The notes under the pieces: model-generated
What the model was told of the DNA's origin: nothing
The model's database searches: none
What the model saw: the letters and a program-made list of their open reading frames with translations, nothing else
Source of the DNA: an uncultured archaeon
Lineage (GTDB): Archaea > Asgardarchaeota > Thorarchaeia > Thorarchaeales > Thorarchaeaceae
Assembly: GCA_964473825.1 (NCBI GenBank)
Contig: CAYYQL010000001.1
Coordinates: 255,226-319,225, forward strand
Length of the DNA stretch: 64,000 bases
Direction of reading: 5' to 3'
Translations under genes and position numbers: made by a program
Shown here: positions 28,683-38,570 of the stretch, piece after piece
How the letters are laid out: each line of letters begins with the position of its first letter
How positions within the stretch are numbered: position 1 is the stretch's first letter

Positions 28683-30023
28683 TTGTTGCCGAAAGTAGGA
28701 CTGGAGAATTGTATTTTGAGTGAACTCAGAACAGTCAGAGGAATGCGTGACTTGATGGGATCTGAAATCCTAATCAGAGACTATCTAGAGGAAACCGCAG
28801 TGGAGGTCTTCAAACTCTTTGGGTATGAACCACTGGACTCGCCCGTGATGGAACTGTGGGAGACCCTTTCAGCAAAGGGAGGAGAGGACGTTGAAGCTGA
28901 AACCTTCCGCTTCGAAGACAAGGGTGATCGAGAGGTAGGTCTCAGGTTTGATCTCACGGTTCCTCTGGCGCGAATTGTCGCGACCAATCTGCATCTGCCC
29001 AAACCATTCAAGAGGTATGCAGTCGGCAAGGCATGGAGGTACGACAGACCTCAAGCAGGAAGATACAGGGAGTTCACTCAGGCAGATGTAGACATCGTGG
29101 GTTCTCAGAATCCCGCTGCCGATGCAGAGGTGGTTCTGGTTGCGCTGGAGTTTCTTGACCGTGTCCTGCAGCGAGACTACTTGATAAAGATCAACAGCAG
29201 AAAGGTCTTGAAAGGTCTCACAGAAAAGGCAGATGTTCCCGATACACTCGCCCATGAATGTTTCAGAGCCATTGATAAGCTGGACAAGATAGGCAAAGAA
29301 GGCGTGGTAGAAGAGCTTAAGGCGAGGGGCATTGCCGACAGGTCAAGTCGCTTCCTCATTGATGCCATTGACCTCAGTGGAGAGAGCATGTCAGTCCTTG
29401 ACGAGTTCCAAGAAGTTCTGAAAGGTTCAAAGGTCGGGCAAGAGGGTGTGGAAGAGCTCAGAGTCATGGCCGAGATATTCGAAGAGTGCAGAAAGAGCGA
29501 GTACATAGAGTTTGACATTTCTCTGGCAAGAGGCCTCGATTACTACACGGGTCCTGTTTTTGAGGGAAGGTATCTGGGCAAACCAGATGTTGGTTCGATT
29601 CTTGGAGGCGGGAGATATGACAATCTGATAGAGAAGTTCGGAGGTCCACAGACTCCAGCTACTGGCATATCGCTTGGAATCGGACGTCTCATCGATGTGA
29701 TGTTAGAGAGGGGCTTGGGTGAGGAGCTTACCCCTGAGGTTGACGCCTTCATAGCACCTATCAAGCAGCCAATGGTCAAACACGCAATGCGCATCCAATC
29801 AGAACTTGTGGCTGCTGGAATATCGTGCGAAGTGGACCTAATGGACCGCCCGCTCGGCAAACTGCTGGAGCTTGCGGATTCACGGAACGCAAGGTTCACC
29901 ATCATAGTAGGCAAGAGAGACCTATCAAAGGGAGAAGTGAGTCTCCGTAATATGGCCACAAAGGAAACCGAACAGGTCAAATTAGATGATATCGTTGAGA
30001 GAGTCCTTCGCTTCACCCAGTAG
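28683..30023 (+). CDS. hisS: Histidyl-tRNA synthetase
   Basis: RGMRD, LRFDLTVP, GRYREFTQ, ARGLDYYTG, GGGRYD. Confidence 0.97.
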   Translation: MLPKVGLENCILSELRTVRGMRDLMGSEILIRDYLEETAVEVFKLFGYEPLDSPVMELWETLSAKGGEDVEAETFRFEDKGDREVGLRFDLTVPLARIVATNLHLPKPFKRYAVGKAWRYDRPQAGRYREFTQADVDIVGSQNPAADAEVVLVALEFLDRVLQRDYLIKINSRKVLKGLTEKADVPDTLAHECFRAIDKLDKIGKEGVVEELKARGIADRSSRFLIDAIDLSGESMSVLDEFQEVLKGSKVGQEGVEELRVMAEIFEECRKSEYIEFDISLARGLDYYTGPVFEGRYLGKPDVGSILGGGRYDNLIEKFGGPQTPATGISLGIGRLIDVMLERGLGEELTPEVDAFIAPIKQPMVKHAMRIQSELVAAGISCEVDLMDRPLGKLLELADSRNARFTIIVGKRDLSKGEVSLRNMATKETEQVKLDDIVERVLRFTQ

Positions 30024-30125
30024 TATGAAGACACTTCGTGAACAGGTTCGCATCAGCTAAGAAACGACAGGCTTCAAATCAAAGCATTTTTCTCTCACAT
30101 GACCATAAGAACCGTGGGATGTAAG

Positions 30126-30965
30126 ATGGTTCGGATGCCAGTCGTCGCCGGAAGCTTCTACGAGGGGGAGGAGAGTCTCCTCAGAAACAGAATAGAGTCC
30201 TGCTTCAAATCAGAACTCGGCCCGGGTGTGCTTCCGGATGGTACTCCGGGAGAGAGGAGAGTCCTAAAAGCTGCTATAGCCCCTCATGCAGGATATGTCT
30301 ACTCTGGACCTCCTGCGGCTAATACGTATCTTGAGATTTTCAGAGATGGAAGACCTGACCACATAGCCATTCTTGGGCCTAATCACACGGGTTTCGGTGC
30401 ACCACTAGCTGTGTGCGAAGAAGACTGGATGACTCCCTTAGGAAGAGTCAAGTATGATGCCGAGCTTGGACAGTCTATTATTGAACAGAACACATATGCA
30501 TCGTCCGACTGTCTGGCTCACAACAACGAACACTCTATTGAGGTTCAACTGCCCTTTCTCCAGTACATGTTCCCAGATGATCTGAGCTTTGTTCCAGTGT
30601 GTATTTCCGATCAGAGTTGGGAGGTCTGCAAGTCTATAGGCACAACCTTAGCTGACCTCTCAGAAGAAATGGATATTCTGGTGTTGGCAAGTTCTGATTT
30701 CACCCACCACGAACCAGCTGATGTAGCAAAAAAGAAAGACAACCAAGCGATAGAATACCTTGAATACATGGATTCCAAGGGATTCTTGGATTTTGTGCAG
30801 AAACATCGAATCAGTATATGTGGGGCGGGCCCCATAACAGCGGCACTCGAGTATGCAAACCAAGTAGATGCGACGGAATTCGAGCTGTTGAAGTACACAA
30901 ACTCAGGAGATGTACTTGGTGACTACAAGAGCGTTGTAGCCTATGTGTCAGCCGTATTCAGATGA
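30126..30965 (+). CDS. amrB: MEMO1 family protein (AmmeMemoRadiSam protein B)
   Basis: AGSFY, PHAGYVYSG, GPNH, EHSIEVQLPFLQ, SSDFTH, CG.GP. Confidence 0.92.
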   Translation: MVRMPVVAGSFYEGEESLLRNRIESCFKSELGPGVLPDGTPGERRVLKAAIAPHAGYVYSGPPAANTYLEIFRDGRPDHIAILGPNHTGFGAPLAVCEEDWMTPLGRVKYDAELGQSIIEQNTYASSDCLAHNNEHSIEVQLPFLQYMFPDDLSFVPVCISDQSWEVCKSIGTTLADLSEEMDILVLASSDFTHHEPADVAKKKDNQAIEYLEYMDSKGFLDFVQKHRISICGAGPITAALEYANQVDATEFELLKYTNSGDVLGDYKSVVAYVSAVFR

Positions 30966-30985
30966 GCATCAGTCTGAAAGGAGCC

Positions 30986-31495
30986 TCATTGCTTGAGAAT
31001 GACCCTGCTAACGCCCTCGATTCCAGAGAGTACCTCGATTGCAGCTCCGGGGAGTGGGGTCTGCGTGATCACCTTGAGACAGGGTTCTCGGTGGATTGCA
31101 ACATCCTCTGCGATGACCTGACGAATTGCGACGCCATAGCCAGAAATAACAGAAGTGACTTGAGACAGAATGCCGGGATTCCCAGGGGACTCGACATGGA
31201 TTATTACAACACCATATCCAAGAATCTTCCGGACACCTTCAAGAGAAGAACCGGCGGGCTCGAGATTCGAGAAGAACCTGAACAATCCCTCATCTTTACA
31301 GATGTCCTCGGTCGTCACACGGACTGTTCTCCGATCGATGCCCAAAGCATCACCGATAGATTTTAGCGGGACACGAATCGAACCACAACTGATGTCGCCG
31401 GGTTCATTGACCTTGAATCCGTGACTGATTATGGCCTGGGCTACCTCTAACCTCATAGGAGTATCTTGGAAATACTCAACAATCCTTCGCCACAT
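30986..31495 (-). CDS. HTH-ACT regulator of amino acid metabolism (COG2150)
   Basis: IGDALGIDRRTV, PGILSQV, IRQ. Confidence 0.85.
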   Translation of the reverse strand: MWRRIVEYFQDTPMRLEVAQAIISHGFKVNEPGDISCGSIRVPLKSIGDALGIDRRTVRVTTEDICKDEGLFRFFSNLEPAGSSLEGVRKILGYGVVIIHVESPGNPGILSQVTSVISGYGVAIRQVIAEDVAIHREPCLKVITQTPLPGAAIEVLSGIEGVSRVILKQ

Positions 31496-31518
31496 GGGGA
31501 AACACGCATTCCATCAAT

Positions 31519-32049
31519 TCACTGAAGCATCTTTTCATAGAGCACTTCATCAATATATCCCTTCGGCATTTTGAAATGCTTATGCCTTGTTCCCACAAGG
31601 CGATACCCAATTCCTTCGTATAGATGGCGGGCACTCTCATTGCCTGCAAAGGTGCTAAGAGTGATCTTTGCATAGCCCTCATTCAGAGCTGCTTCTTCTG
31701 CACAAGTCATCAGAGACTTGCCTACACCCACACCTCTTAAGTTGCTGACCACAATAATCCCTAGTTTAGCCACATGCCGTGAAGCCTCCCATTCTTCTGG
31801 CTGCAGCGAGAGATGACCAGCATAAGCACCATCGATGTGAGCAACAAGAAGGACCTCTCTGACGTCCTGAGCACGCTCTATCCAAGTGGCCCAATCTGAG
31901 GGTCCGGCCTTGGGTTTGAAGCTAGGTAGCCATTGGCCCTCCTCAATCACATCACAAAAACCACGATACATGTCTTGGGCGTCCTCAGACCTCGCATGAC
32001 GAAGAACTAGATCTCGTTCGTCTTTGGTTTTGAGGTGCCAATCGCTCAA
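31519..32049 (-). CDS. GNAT acetyltransferase
   Basis: RGVGVGKSLM, N..A.HLYE..GY. Confidence 0.88.
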   Translation of the reverse strand: MSDWHLKTKDERDLVLRHARSEDAQDMYRGFCDVIEEGQWLPSFKPKAGPSDWATWIERAQDVREVLLVAHIDGAYAGHLSLQPEEWEASRHVAKLGIIVVSNLRGVGVGKSLMTCAEEAALNEGYAKITLSTFAGNESARHLYEGIGYRLVGTRHKHFKMPKGYIDEVLYEKMLQ

Positions 32050-32210
32050 ATCACCATCTCAGTGCAGCAGGTACAAGAGCCGACAAAAAAGATTATGGTA
32101 GTGACACAAATCTTAGTACATTGGCGGTGTTTGCGCTAGCTTTAAAAACGCCGTGCATTTTCAGCCCACATCGACCACAACAGGTGACTCGGTATCAGGA
32201 AGGCGTCAGG

Positions 32211-33788
32211 ATGAATGGCAAGAGAATTACGGTAATACTACTACTGACAGCAATATTCGTTGGGACACTGCAACTGCCTCCACTCGCCGGTAACGTCACA
32301 GCTAGTAACAACGTTTTCAACAAGGAGAAGGGCGGTGTCTTCGAAGCTTACTTCGAGTCGGAGAACATCACAATCACCCTGACTACTCCTGCAAATACGA
32401 GTACTTTGGTCGGAACGGTGAACATCACCTTAGATGTTGTATCAGACTACGACCCACTGAATCTAACACTCTTCGTGGATGATGAGATATACCCCGACCT
32501 GAACCGCACCGAGATCTCTGTTGGTCTGCAGAACGTGACGATAGACACACTGACTCTTCCAGAGGGCTATCTGAATTTCACTTTCCTCTTTGAGAATGCG
32601 TCATCAGGTGCTATCGATCGGCAAAGCTATCCTTTGCTCTTCGAGGTGGATAATCATGGTTATCCGAGTGTGGAGATACTCGCACCGAGCGAGGATGAAG
32701 CATTCACAGGGCTGGATGAGCTGTATCTCAACATCTCATCTTCCTACGATGAAGTCTATCTCAACATAACAGTCAATGGGGTTCCTACCGAGGAGTGGAA
32801 CGGTTCACAACTCGTTTCGATAGGCCCAGCCAATTACACCATCAATGGCAGCAGATATGAAAACGGCAATAACTTGGTTGAGGTAATCGTAGTAACTGAG
32901 GAAGGGCTCTCAGACCAAGCAGATGCTGTTGTTCGGTTCCTTGATCATGTCCGATTCACAATAGTGGGATTGAGCAACTATGGAGAGGTATCTGGGGAAC
33001 AGGAGTTCGCAATCCGCGTCTTCACACCCTACGATTCCGTAAACTTTACAGCTTTCGTTGACGAAAATGTAGCAGATGACGTGAATAACATAACTGTGCC
33101 CCAGGGCCGCAGTGAATTCACCATGGATACTACTGGATATGCAGAAGGGGAGCACGAATTCCTATTTGTGGCCCATGATGGATTCGGGCATTCTTGGTCT
33201 CAGAAACTCATATTCATAGTCGATAACCACGGAGAACCGATTGTGGCGTTCAGCGGGCCCACCCGAGAGATCGTGGTAGGTCTGGCAGAATTCACTGTCG
33301 ATATCGAAACCACCTATAGCACAGTTACGCTCTCTGTCTATGTCGATGGAGAGGCAGTTGAGAATCTGAACAATCTGACCGCTCCCGCTGGATCCTACAC
33401 TTTCATCCTTGATACCACACCGTATAGCAAGTGGCAACACGAGGTGAAAGTCGTGGTGACCACAGTAGAGGGACTCAGCGACGACACGACTTCGCAATTC
33501 GGCTTTGCCAATTTCAAGATTGAAGAGATCCTCAGCGCAATTGTATTGATAGGAATCGCTCTGACTATCCCGCTCATGAGACTGAAGAAAGGAGAGGTTG
33601 TCAAGTCTACCTTCATTGTGGATGCAATATTCATACTGGTCTTCTTCGGAATCTTCTTTGCGTTGGGTGTATCCTCACTTCCCGTCATGATATGGCACTT
33701 CAATCTTGCAAGCGTATGGGCCTTTGGCACGACACTGATTGCAACCAACTGGCTCATCCCTCTGTTCACCATGGAAACTACCCAATAG
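32211..33788 (+). CDS. Cell-surface glycoprotein with tandem Ig-like repeats and a C-terminal 3-TM anchor
   Basis: Signal peptide, about four 95-aa beta repeats (VDNHG.P twice), many N-x-S/T sequons. Confidence 0.75.
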   Translation: MNGKRITVILLLTAIFVGTLQLPPLAGNVTASNNVFNKEKGGVFEAYFESENITITLTTPANTSTLVGTVNITLDVVSDYDPLNLTLFVDDEIYPDLNRTEISVGLQNVTIDTLTLPEGYLNFTFLFENASSGAIDRQSYPLLFEVDNHGYPSVEILAPSEDEAFTGLDELYLNISSSYDEVYLNITVNGVPTEEWNGSQLVSIGPANYTINGSRYENGNNLVEVIVVTEEGLSDQADAVVRFLDHVRFTIVGLSNYGEVSGEQEFAIRVFTPYDSVNFTAFVDENVADDVNNITVPQGRSEFTMDTTGYAEGEHEFLFVAHDGFGHSWSQKLIFIVDNHGEPIVAFSGPTREIVVGLAEFTVDIETTYSTVTLSVYVDGEAVENLNNLTAPAGSYTFILDTTPYSKWQHEVKVVVTTVEGLSDDTTSQFGFANFKIEEILSAIVLIGIALTIPLMRLKKGEVVKSTFIVDAIFILVFFGIFFALGVSSLPVMIWHFNLASVWAFGTTLIATNWLIPLFTMETTQ

Positions 33789-33789
33789 C

Positions 33790-34647
33790 CTACAACAGTC
33801 TGGTCACAGGAATGATTCTGCACGAGTCTGTATTCCACGGTGCAGCCTCCTCATAATACGGGAGACGATCCTTAGGAATCACTGTAGAAACCTCTGTGGC
33901 CCTCCATCTGTGAGAGGCTCTTGCAGTATGAAGGATGACCTCTTCAAGATGAGATTTACCCCTTCTGTTGACATCAGCAATAAAGTGCCCTGTCTTATCC
34001 TCAGCAATCCCTATCACGCCTGTCCCCGCAGGCCGACCATCAAGCCTAAACTCCAGCACACGTCCCTTCATCCCAAAGACGAGCACGTGTCGAGCCATGT
34101 CGGCTAGAAGTCCAGGGTGGGCCATGTTCGAGTACTTGAGGCTGCTGGGTAACCTTCTAACATTCGTTATCTCCTTGACATCAAGACTTCTCTGAGAGGG
34201 CTTCGGCAGACTCGCTCTCTGGATTGAGAGGTCTAAGAGCGATCCCCGTGCGAAGTAACCAATCTTCATCCAGAAGTTGTACGCCTCAGGAGGTGAATCA
34301 GCCACGACTCGTACCGCCTTCTTCTTGCGGAGCACAACCTCTGCTTCCTTCACCAGCAGGGTGCCAATGCCTTTCTTCTGATGGCGCACATCAACGTCCA
34401 TGGTCCTGATGATCCCCATCTTGCCTGAAGTGGGGTTTCGCTCGACACGAACAGTTACTTCTCCCACGACTTGACCGTCGTCTTCTGCCACAAGCCAGCC
34501 CCACCTTCTGAAAAACAAACCACGATGCTCTTGTTTCACCTGTTCGACAGTCATGTACTTCTTCTGTAGCCAACGTGTTGTCTGATATATCGTTAGAATG
34601 TCGGCGCAGTCGCGCATGCGCCCTTTGCGTATATTGACCATTAGCAA
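33790..34647 (-). CDS. GNAT acetyltransferase with a degenerate second GNAT-like domain
   Basis: HQKKGIGTLL, A.NFWMKIGY. Confidence 0.75.
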   Translation of the reverse strand: MLMVNIRKGRMRDCADILTIYQTTRWLQKKYMTVEQVKQEHRGLFFRRWGWLVAEDDGQVVGEVTVRVERNPTSGKMGIIRTMDVDVRHQKKGIGTLLVKEAEVVLRKKKAVRVVADSPPEAYNFWMKIGYFARGSLLDLSIQRASLPKPSQRSLDVKEITNVRRLPSSLKYSNMAHPGLLADMARHVLVFGMKGRVLEFRLDGRPAGTGVIGIAEDKTGHFIADVNRRGKSHLEEVILHTARASHRWRATEVSTVIPKDRLPYYEEAAPWNTDSCRIIPVTRLL

Positions 34648-34714
34648 CCAACTCTAGACTGTCAGAGGAAGACTAATCGAACAGAAAATAAGACTATGTA
34701 ATAACAGGTCTGCT

Positions 34715-35647
34715 CTATTGGTGAGCAGTCTCTTTGCTGATTGCCACGCACGTCTCTGCTAGAGAAACGGCGCTGCCATCGAAGAGATAGAGAATTGGTT
34801 CAATACCCATTCCTCCAGGTACATGAATCCCCCACCTGTCTGTGAAACTGAAATGAGAGGACAGCTTGTCGTCCACAGCAAAAGCAATCGCATCTACTTC
34901 AAGAGTAGACTTCTCCAGTTCAATCACTGGCAAACCGAGACCTTTCGCAGCACGCAGAACACAATCTTCGCCACTGATACAGAAGCATGCACGAACTTCA
35001 GAATCAATGTTTTTTGCCCATAACAGAATGGTCGCTGTATGTTGTGACGTGCCAAAACCAGGCGGCAGAAGAGCCCTGGCTCGCCCGGATATGACTGTGA
35101 TTCGTCCTGGCACTCCCGCAACATCTTCAGGAGAAGAAGCGTCTTCGCCGCAGACAACAAGATTTGCACGCACCTGTGGTACAATCCTGCTGAAATCAGA
35201 AGACGATTCGACCACCTCCAAGGCCATCTGGGTCTCGTGCAATACATCAGACCGAATACGCAGTTGTGAGGCATCTCCCAGGAGCTCAGAGCATATGGAG
35301 CATGAAACAGTACCGAGACTGTCTATTTGCCGTCTATGTAGAGCACAGATCCTGCCGCCTATTCGTGAAGTCATACAGACAGCACAGATCATCTTGACGA
35401 GCACATCTCGACGGTGCTTCCCTTCAATAATCATCTCACTGATTGAGTCTGACAGCTCCTTCACGTCGGGGGTGACATCTGGGCGATTCTGGAGGTACTT
35501 GTGGATTGCTGCCTGGGTCACCTCAAGATGTTCTGCAATCTCACTCTGTGAAAGGCCCTCTTCGTTCAGAGAATGTGCAACCTGGGACCTGATCTTCGGA
35601 AGAAACTCTCGCTGTATCAGCTCGCATGGAGGCCTCATCTGCTTCAC
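34715..35647 (-). CDS. thiR: ThiR-type regulator (HTH plus ThiN-like domain)
   Basis: PPCE...SQSEIAEHLEVTQAAIHKY; VPQVRANL, GVPGRIT, FGTSQHTA, GIEP; divergent from the thiamine ABC genes. Confidence 0.8.
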   Translation of the reverse strand: MKQMRPPCELIQREFLPKIRSQVAHSLNEEGLSQSEIAEHLEVTQAAIHKYLQNRPDVTPDVKELSDSISEMIIEGKHRRDVLVKMICAVCMTSRIGGRICALHRRQIDSLGTVSCSICSELLGDASQLRIRSDVLHETQMALEVVESSSDFSRIVPQVRANLVVCGEDASSPEDVAGVPGRITVISGRARALLPPGFGTSQHTATILLWAKNIDSEVRACFCISGEDCVLRAAKGLGLPVIELEKSTLEVDAIAFAVDDKLSSHFSFTDRWGIHVPGGMGIEPILYLFDGSAVSLAETCVAISKETAHQ

Positions 35648-35677
35648 CAGTAGGCAAGATATATATCAGAGCTTGTC

Positions 35678-35707
35678 TATAACACTGTTGTATAACTGAC
35701 ATATAAG
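35678..35707. promoter_or_regulatory. Candidate ThiR operator / overlapping divergent promoters
   Basis: TATAACactGTTGTA near-palindrome and repeated TATAAC in the 68-bp thiR-thiB spacer. Confidence 0.45.
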
Positions 35708-35715
35708 GTGATGGG

Positions 35716-36846
35716 TTGATGTCGGAGTCGTACTACCCAGAGAGAAGGGATCCTCGCAAAACTGTGGCAGCCATTGCAGCAGTAGTCATTATTGTTATCG
35801 CGGCTTTTGCAATTTTCACATGGCCGAAGCCCAAGATTCACATCTACACGTATGATAGCTTCATGCTGTGGGGCGATGACCCCGACAATATAGACAGTGT
35901 AGTGTTTGGACCCTTTGAAGAGCGCTACGGTGTTGAAATCGAGATAACCAGATTGCACGCAGACGCTAACGGAATAGTCGCGCGTCTTGTAGCGGAGGCA
36001 GAGAATCCCGTGGCAGATGTCGTCATAGGTATCGATAACATTCTGATTTTGCAGGCATTGGCCAAACAGGTACTCACTCCATTCCAGCCGGAGAATCTCA
36101 CTCTTGTTGACCCGCAACTCATAGATCTTCTAGATCCTGATCACTATGTTGTTCCGTTCGACTACGGTCTTGTCACCCTCATCTACAAGACTAGTAAGAT
36201 AAATGAAACATCAAGTCCCGAAATCGCCAATCTTACGTTCGCAAATCTAGCCACACCAGATCTTGCTTCGACACTCGTAACACAGAATCCCCATTTCAGC
36301 AGTCCAGGTCTGGCCTTTCTACTCAGCGAGATTGCAGTGCACGACAAGATTCTCGAATCCGATTGGAAAGACTGGTGGACAGATGTAAAACCACATCTAG
36401 AAGATTCCATCTATCAGGGATGGTCTGAGGCTTGGGCGGCATGGGATGAGGATCCTTCAAAACACTTCTTAGTGAGCTACGGCACAGACCCTGCCTATTC
36501 GGCATGGTGGACCGAGTCAGAGCCCGATACAGGGGTGGCCCCATTCTACTATCAAGACAAGCATTGGGCATGGATGCAAGTAGAGGGAATGGGCCTTGTG
36601 AAGAATGGTCCCAACCCGGAAATAGGCAAGGCCTTCATCGAATACTGTCTATCTGAAGCAGTACAGTCATATGTCGCCACTAACCAATGGATGTTCCCAG
36701 TCAACTCGGATGTGACACTTGAACCGGTGTTTCAGTACGCAATACATCCAGATGAGGTGAGCGCACTGAACTCGCTACTGACCAGGGACGAGATTGAAGC
36801 GAACCTCACCCAGTGGCTAAACGACTATGACAATGTGATGGCATAG
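35716..36846 (+). CDS. thiB: Thiamine ABC transporter substrate-binding protein
   Basis: YTYDSF, ADVVIGIDN, PFDYG, SSPGLAFL, GWSEAW, VSYGTDP, QVEG, NQWMFP. Confidence 0.9.
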   Translation: MMSESYYPERRDPRKTVAAIAAVVIIVIAAFAIFTWPKPKIHIYTYDSFMLWGDDPDNIDSVVFGPFEERYGVEIEITRLHADANGIVARLVAEAENPVADVVIGIDNILILQALAKQVLTPFQPENLTLVDPQLIDLLDPDHYVVPFDYGLVTLIYKTSKINETSSPEIANLTFANLATPDLASTLVTQNPHFSSPGLAFLLSEIAVHDKILESDWKDWWTDVKPHLEDSIYQGWSEAWAAWDEDPSKHFLVSYGTDPAYSAWWTESEPDTGVAPFYYQDKHWAWMQVEGMGLVKNGPNPEIGKAFIEYCLSEAVQSYVATNQWMFPVNSDVTLEPVFQYAIHPDEVSALNSLLTRDEIEANLTQWLNDYDNVMA

Positions 36847-36863
36847 AAAGCGAGGAAGAAGGA

Positions 36864-38570
36864 ATGGAGAGGGATCGAGCAGTTGAGTATGCGATAGTTG
36901 CTATTCCCCTCATCCTCCTCGGCATCTTCATCCTCTATCCGGTCTTGATGGTCCTCTTCAGAGGAATCCTCTACGGACCCGGTCAAACCCCACCGGAAGT
37001 CCTTGAGTCTGCTTTGACACAGCGAGCTATTGGATTCACAGTCGTCCAAGCCTTGGTAAGCGCCCTGATCTCGTTGGTTGTTGGGATTCCCGGCGCCTTT
37101 ATTCTGGCAAGGCTCAGATTCACGGGAAAGAGCCTCATCAGAGCTACGATGATAGTACCATTTGTACTCCCGCCGATTGTAGTGGTGGTCGGGTTCTTAG
37201 GTATGTTTGGGGAGTACGGAATCATCGACTTGTTCATCCAAGAACTGATTCGGTACCTACAGACGCTTGGAGACCACGGAACCATCGGGTTCTTCACCAT
37301 GGGTCTGACTGGAATCAGGGAAACAGTCATCGCCTGGTCGTTGGGATTCACGGGAATCATCACATTACATGTCTTCTATAATGCCCCCTTGGTGGTGCTG
37401 ATGGTGTCTGCATCGATACAACGTCTGAGACCAGAACTGGAGGAGAGCGCAGAGCTGCTTGGTGCAGACCGCATCCAACGATTCAGACACATCTTTCTCC
37501 CCCACATTGCCCCGGCACTTCTTGCCTCTGCAAGCCTAGTATTCCTCTTCTGTTTCATGTCCTTCCCGATTGTGCTTGCCTTGGGGGGAGCCAGATACAG
37601 CACGATTGAGGTCGAAATATGGAAGTCGTTTGCGTTCTTTGACTACGGCCGAGCAAGCACTCTTGGCGTGATTCAGTTACTGGTCACTGTATCGGTAGCA
37701 TGGGTCTATTTCTGGATAGGTAGAGCAGAGAAGTCCAGAGTAGACAAGACCTCATATACCAAGACTGTGAGGTATTCAGAATTGGCCTCATCAGAGAAGA
37801 TTGCCACGGCAGTGTACTCTGTGTCACTGGTGATTCTAATTTCGGGGCCAATTGCTGCAATAGGTCACTCCGCAGTCTATGACCCAACCCGAAGGGAGTA
37901 CACCCTTAGAGGTATTCAGAACCTGTTTGCGACGGGGCTCAGTGGAGGTCTTGTCCCTATGACGAACTCCTTATTCTACGCAGGCATTGCTACGCTCTTT
38001 TCGGTCGTCCTCGGCATACCGTTGGCCTATGCCCAGAGGTCGCGCAGGAAGGAACTGGCTGGTCTGACTTCCTTCATGACACTATTACCTCTGGGGATCT
38101 CATCAATCACAATAGCGTATGGCCTAATGGTAGCAATCGCGGTTCCGCTCGGCCTGAGTACAAACCCTTGGCCGCTCATAGTTGTTGCTCAGACCATAAT
38201 TGGATTACCGTTGAGTGCACGGTCTATCGAGATCTCACTGAAGGACATCGACCAGAGCATAATCGACCAAGCTAACTCCCTCGGAGCATCAAGGCTCCAG
38301 AGGTTGTTCTTCGTGGAGCTTCCTCTACTCGCCCCAGGCATCATGGTAGGAGGTGTCTTTGCCTTCGCCATGGCAATAGGAGAGATGTCAGCCACCCTCT
38401 TCATCGCACTACCACAGAACTTCACCCTAGCTGTGGCAATATATCAGCATCTTGCCGTAAGAAGATTCGTGGAAGCAGGGGCACAGGCACTGGTGCTTGC
38501 TCTTGCTTGCTTCGCGGCGTTCTTGGCGATCGAGAGAATCTCGGGCGAGTCGGCAGGGAGGGCGCTATGA
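36864..38570 (+). CDS. thiP: Thiamine ABC transporter permease
   Basis: Duplicated permease with two EAA-like loops; PFVLP, HVFYNAP. Confidence 0.85.
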   Translation: MERDRAVEYAIVAIPLILLGIFILYPVLMVLFRGILYGPGQTPPEVLESALTQRAIGFTVVQALVSALISLVVGIPGAFILARLRFTGKSLIRATMIVPFVLPPIVVVVGFLGMFGEYGIIDLFIQELIRYLQTLGDHGTIGFFTMGLTGIRETVIAWSLGFTGIITLHVFYNAPLVVLMVSASIQRLRPELEESAELLGADRIQRFRHIFLPHIAPALLASASLVFLFCFMSFPIVLALGGARYSTIEVEIWKSFAFFDYGRASTLGVIQLLVTVSVAWVYFWIGRAEKSRVDKTSYTKTVRYSELASSEKIATAVYSVSLVILISGPIAAIGHSAVYDPTRREYTLRGIQNLFATGLSGGLVPMTNSLFYAGIATLFSVVLGIPLAYAQRSRRKELAGLTSFMTLLPLGISSITIAYGLMVAIAVPLGLSTNPWPLIVVAQTIIGLPLSARSIEISLKDIDQSIIDQANSLGASRLQRLFFVELPLLAPGIMVGGVFAFAMAIGEMSATLFIALPQNFTLAVAIYQHLAVRRFVEAGAQALVLALACFAAFLAIERISGESAGRAL

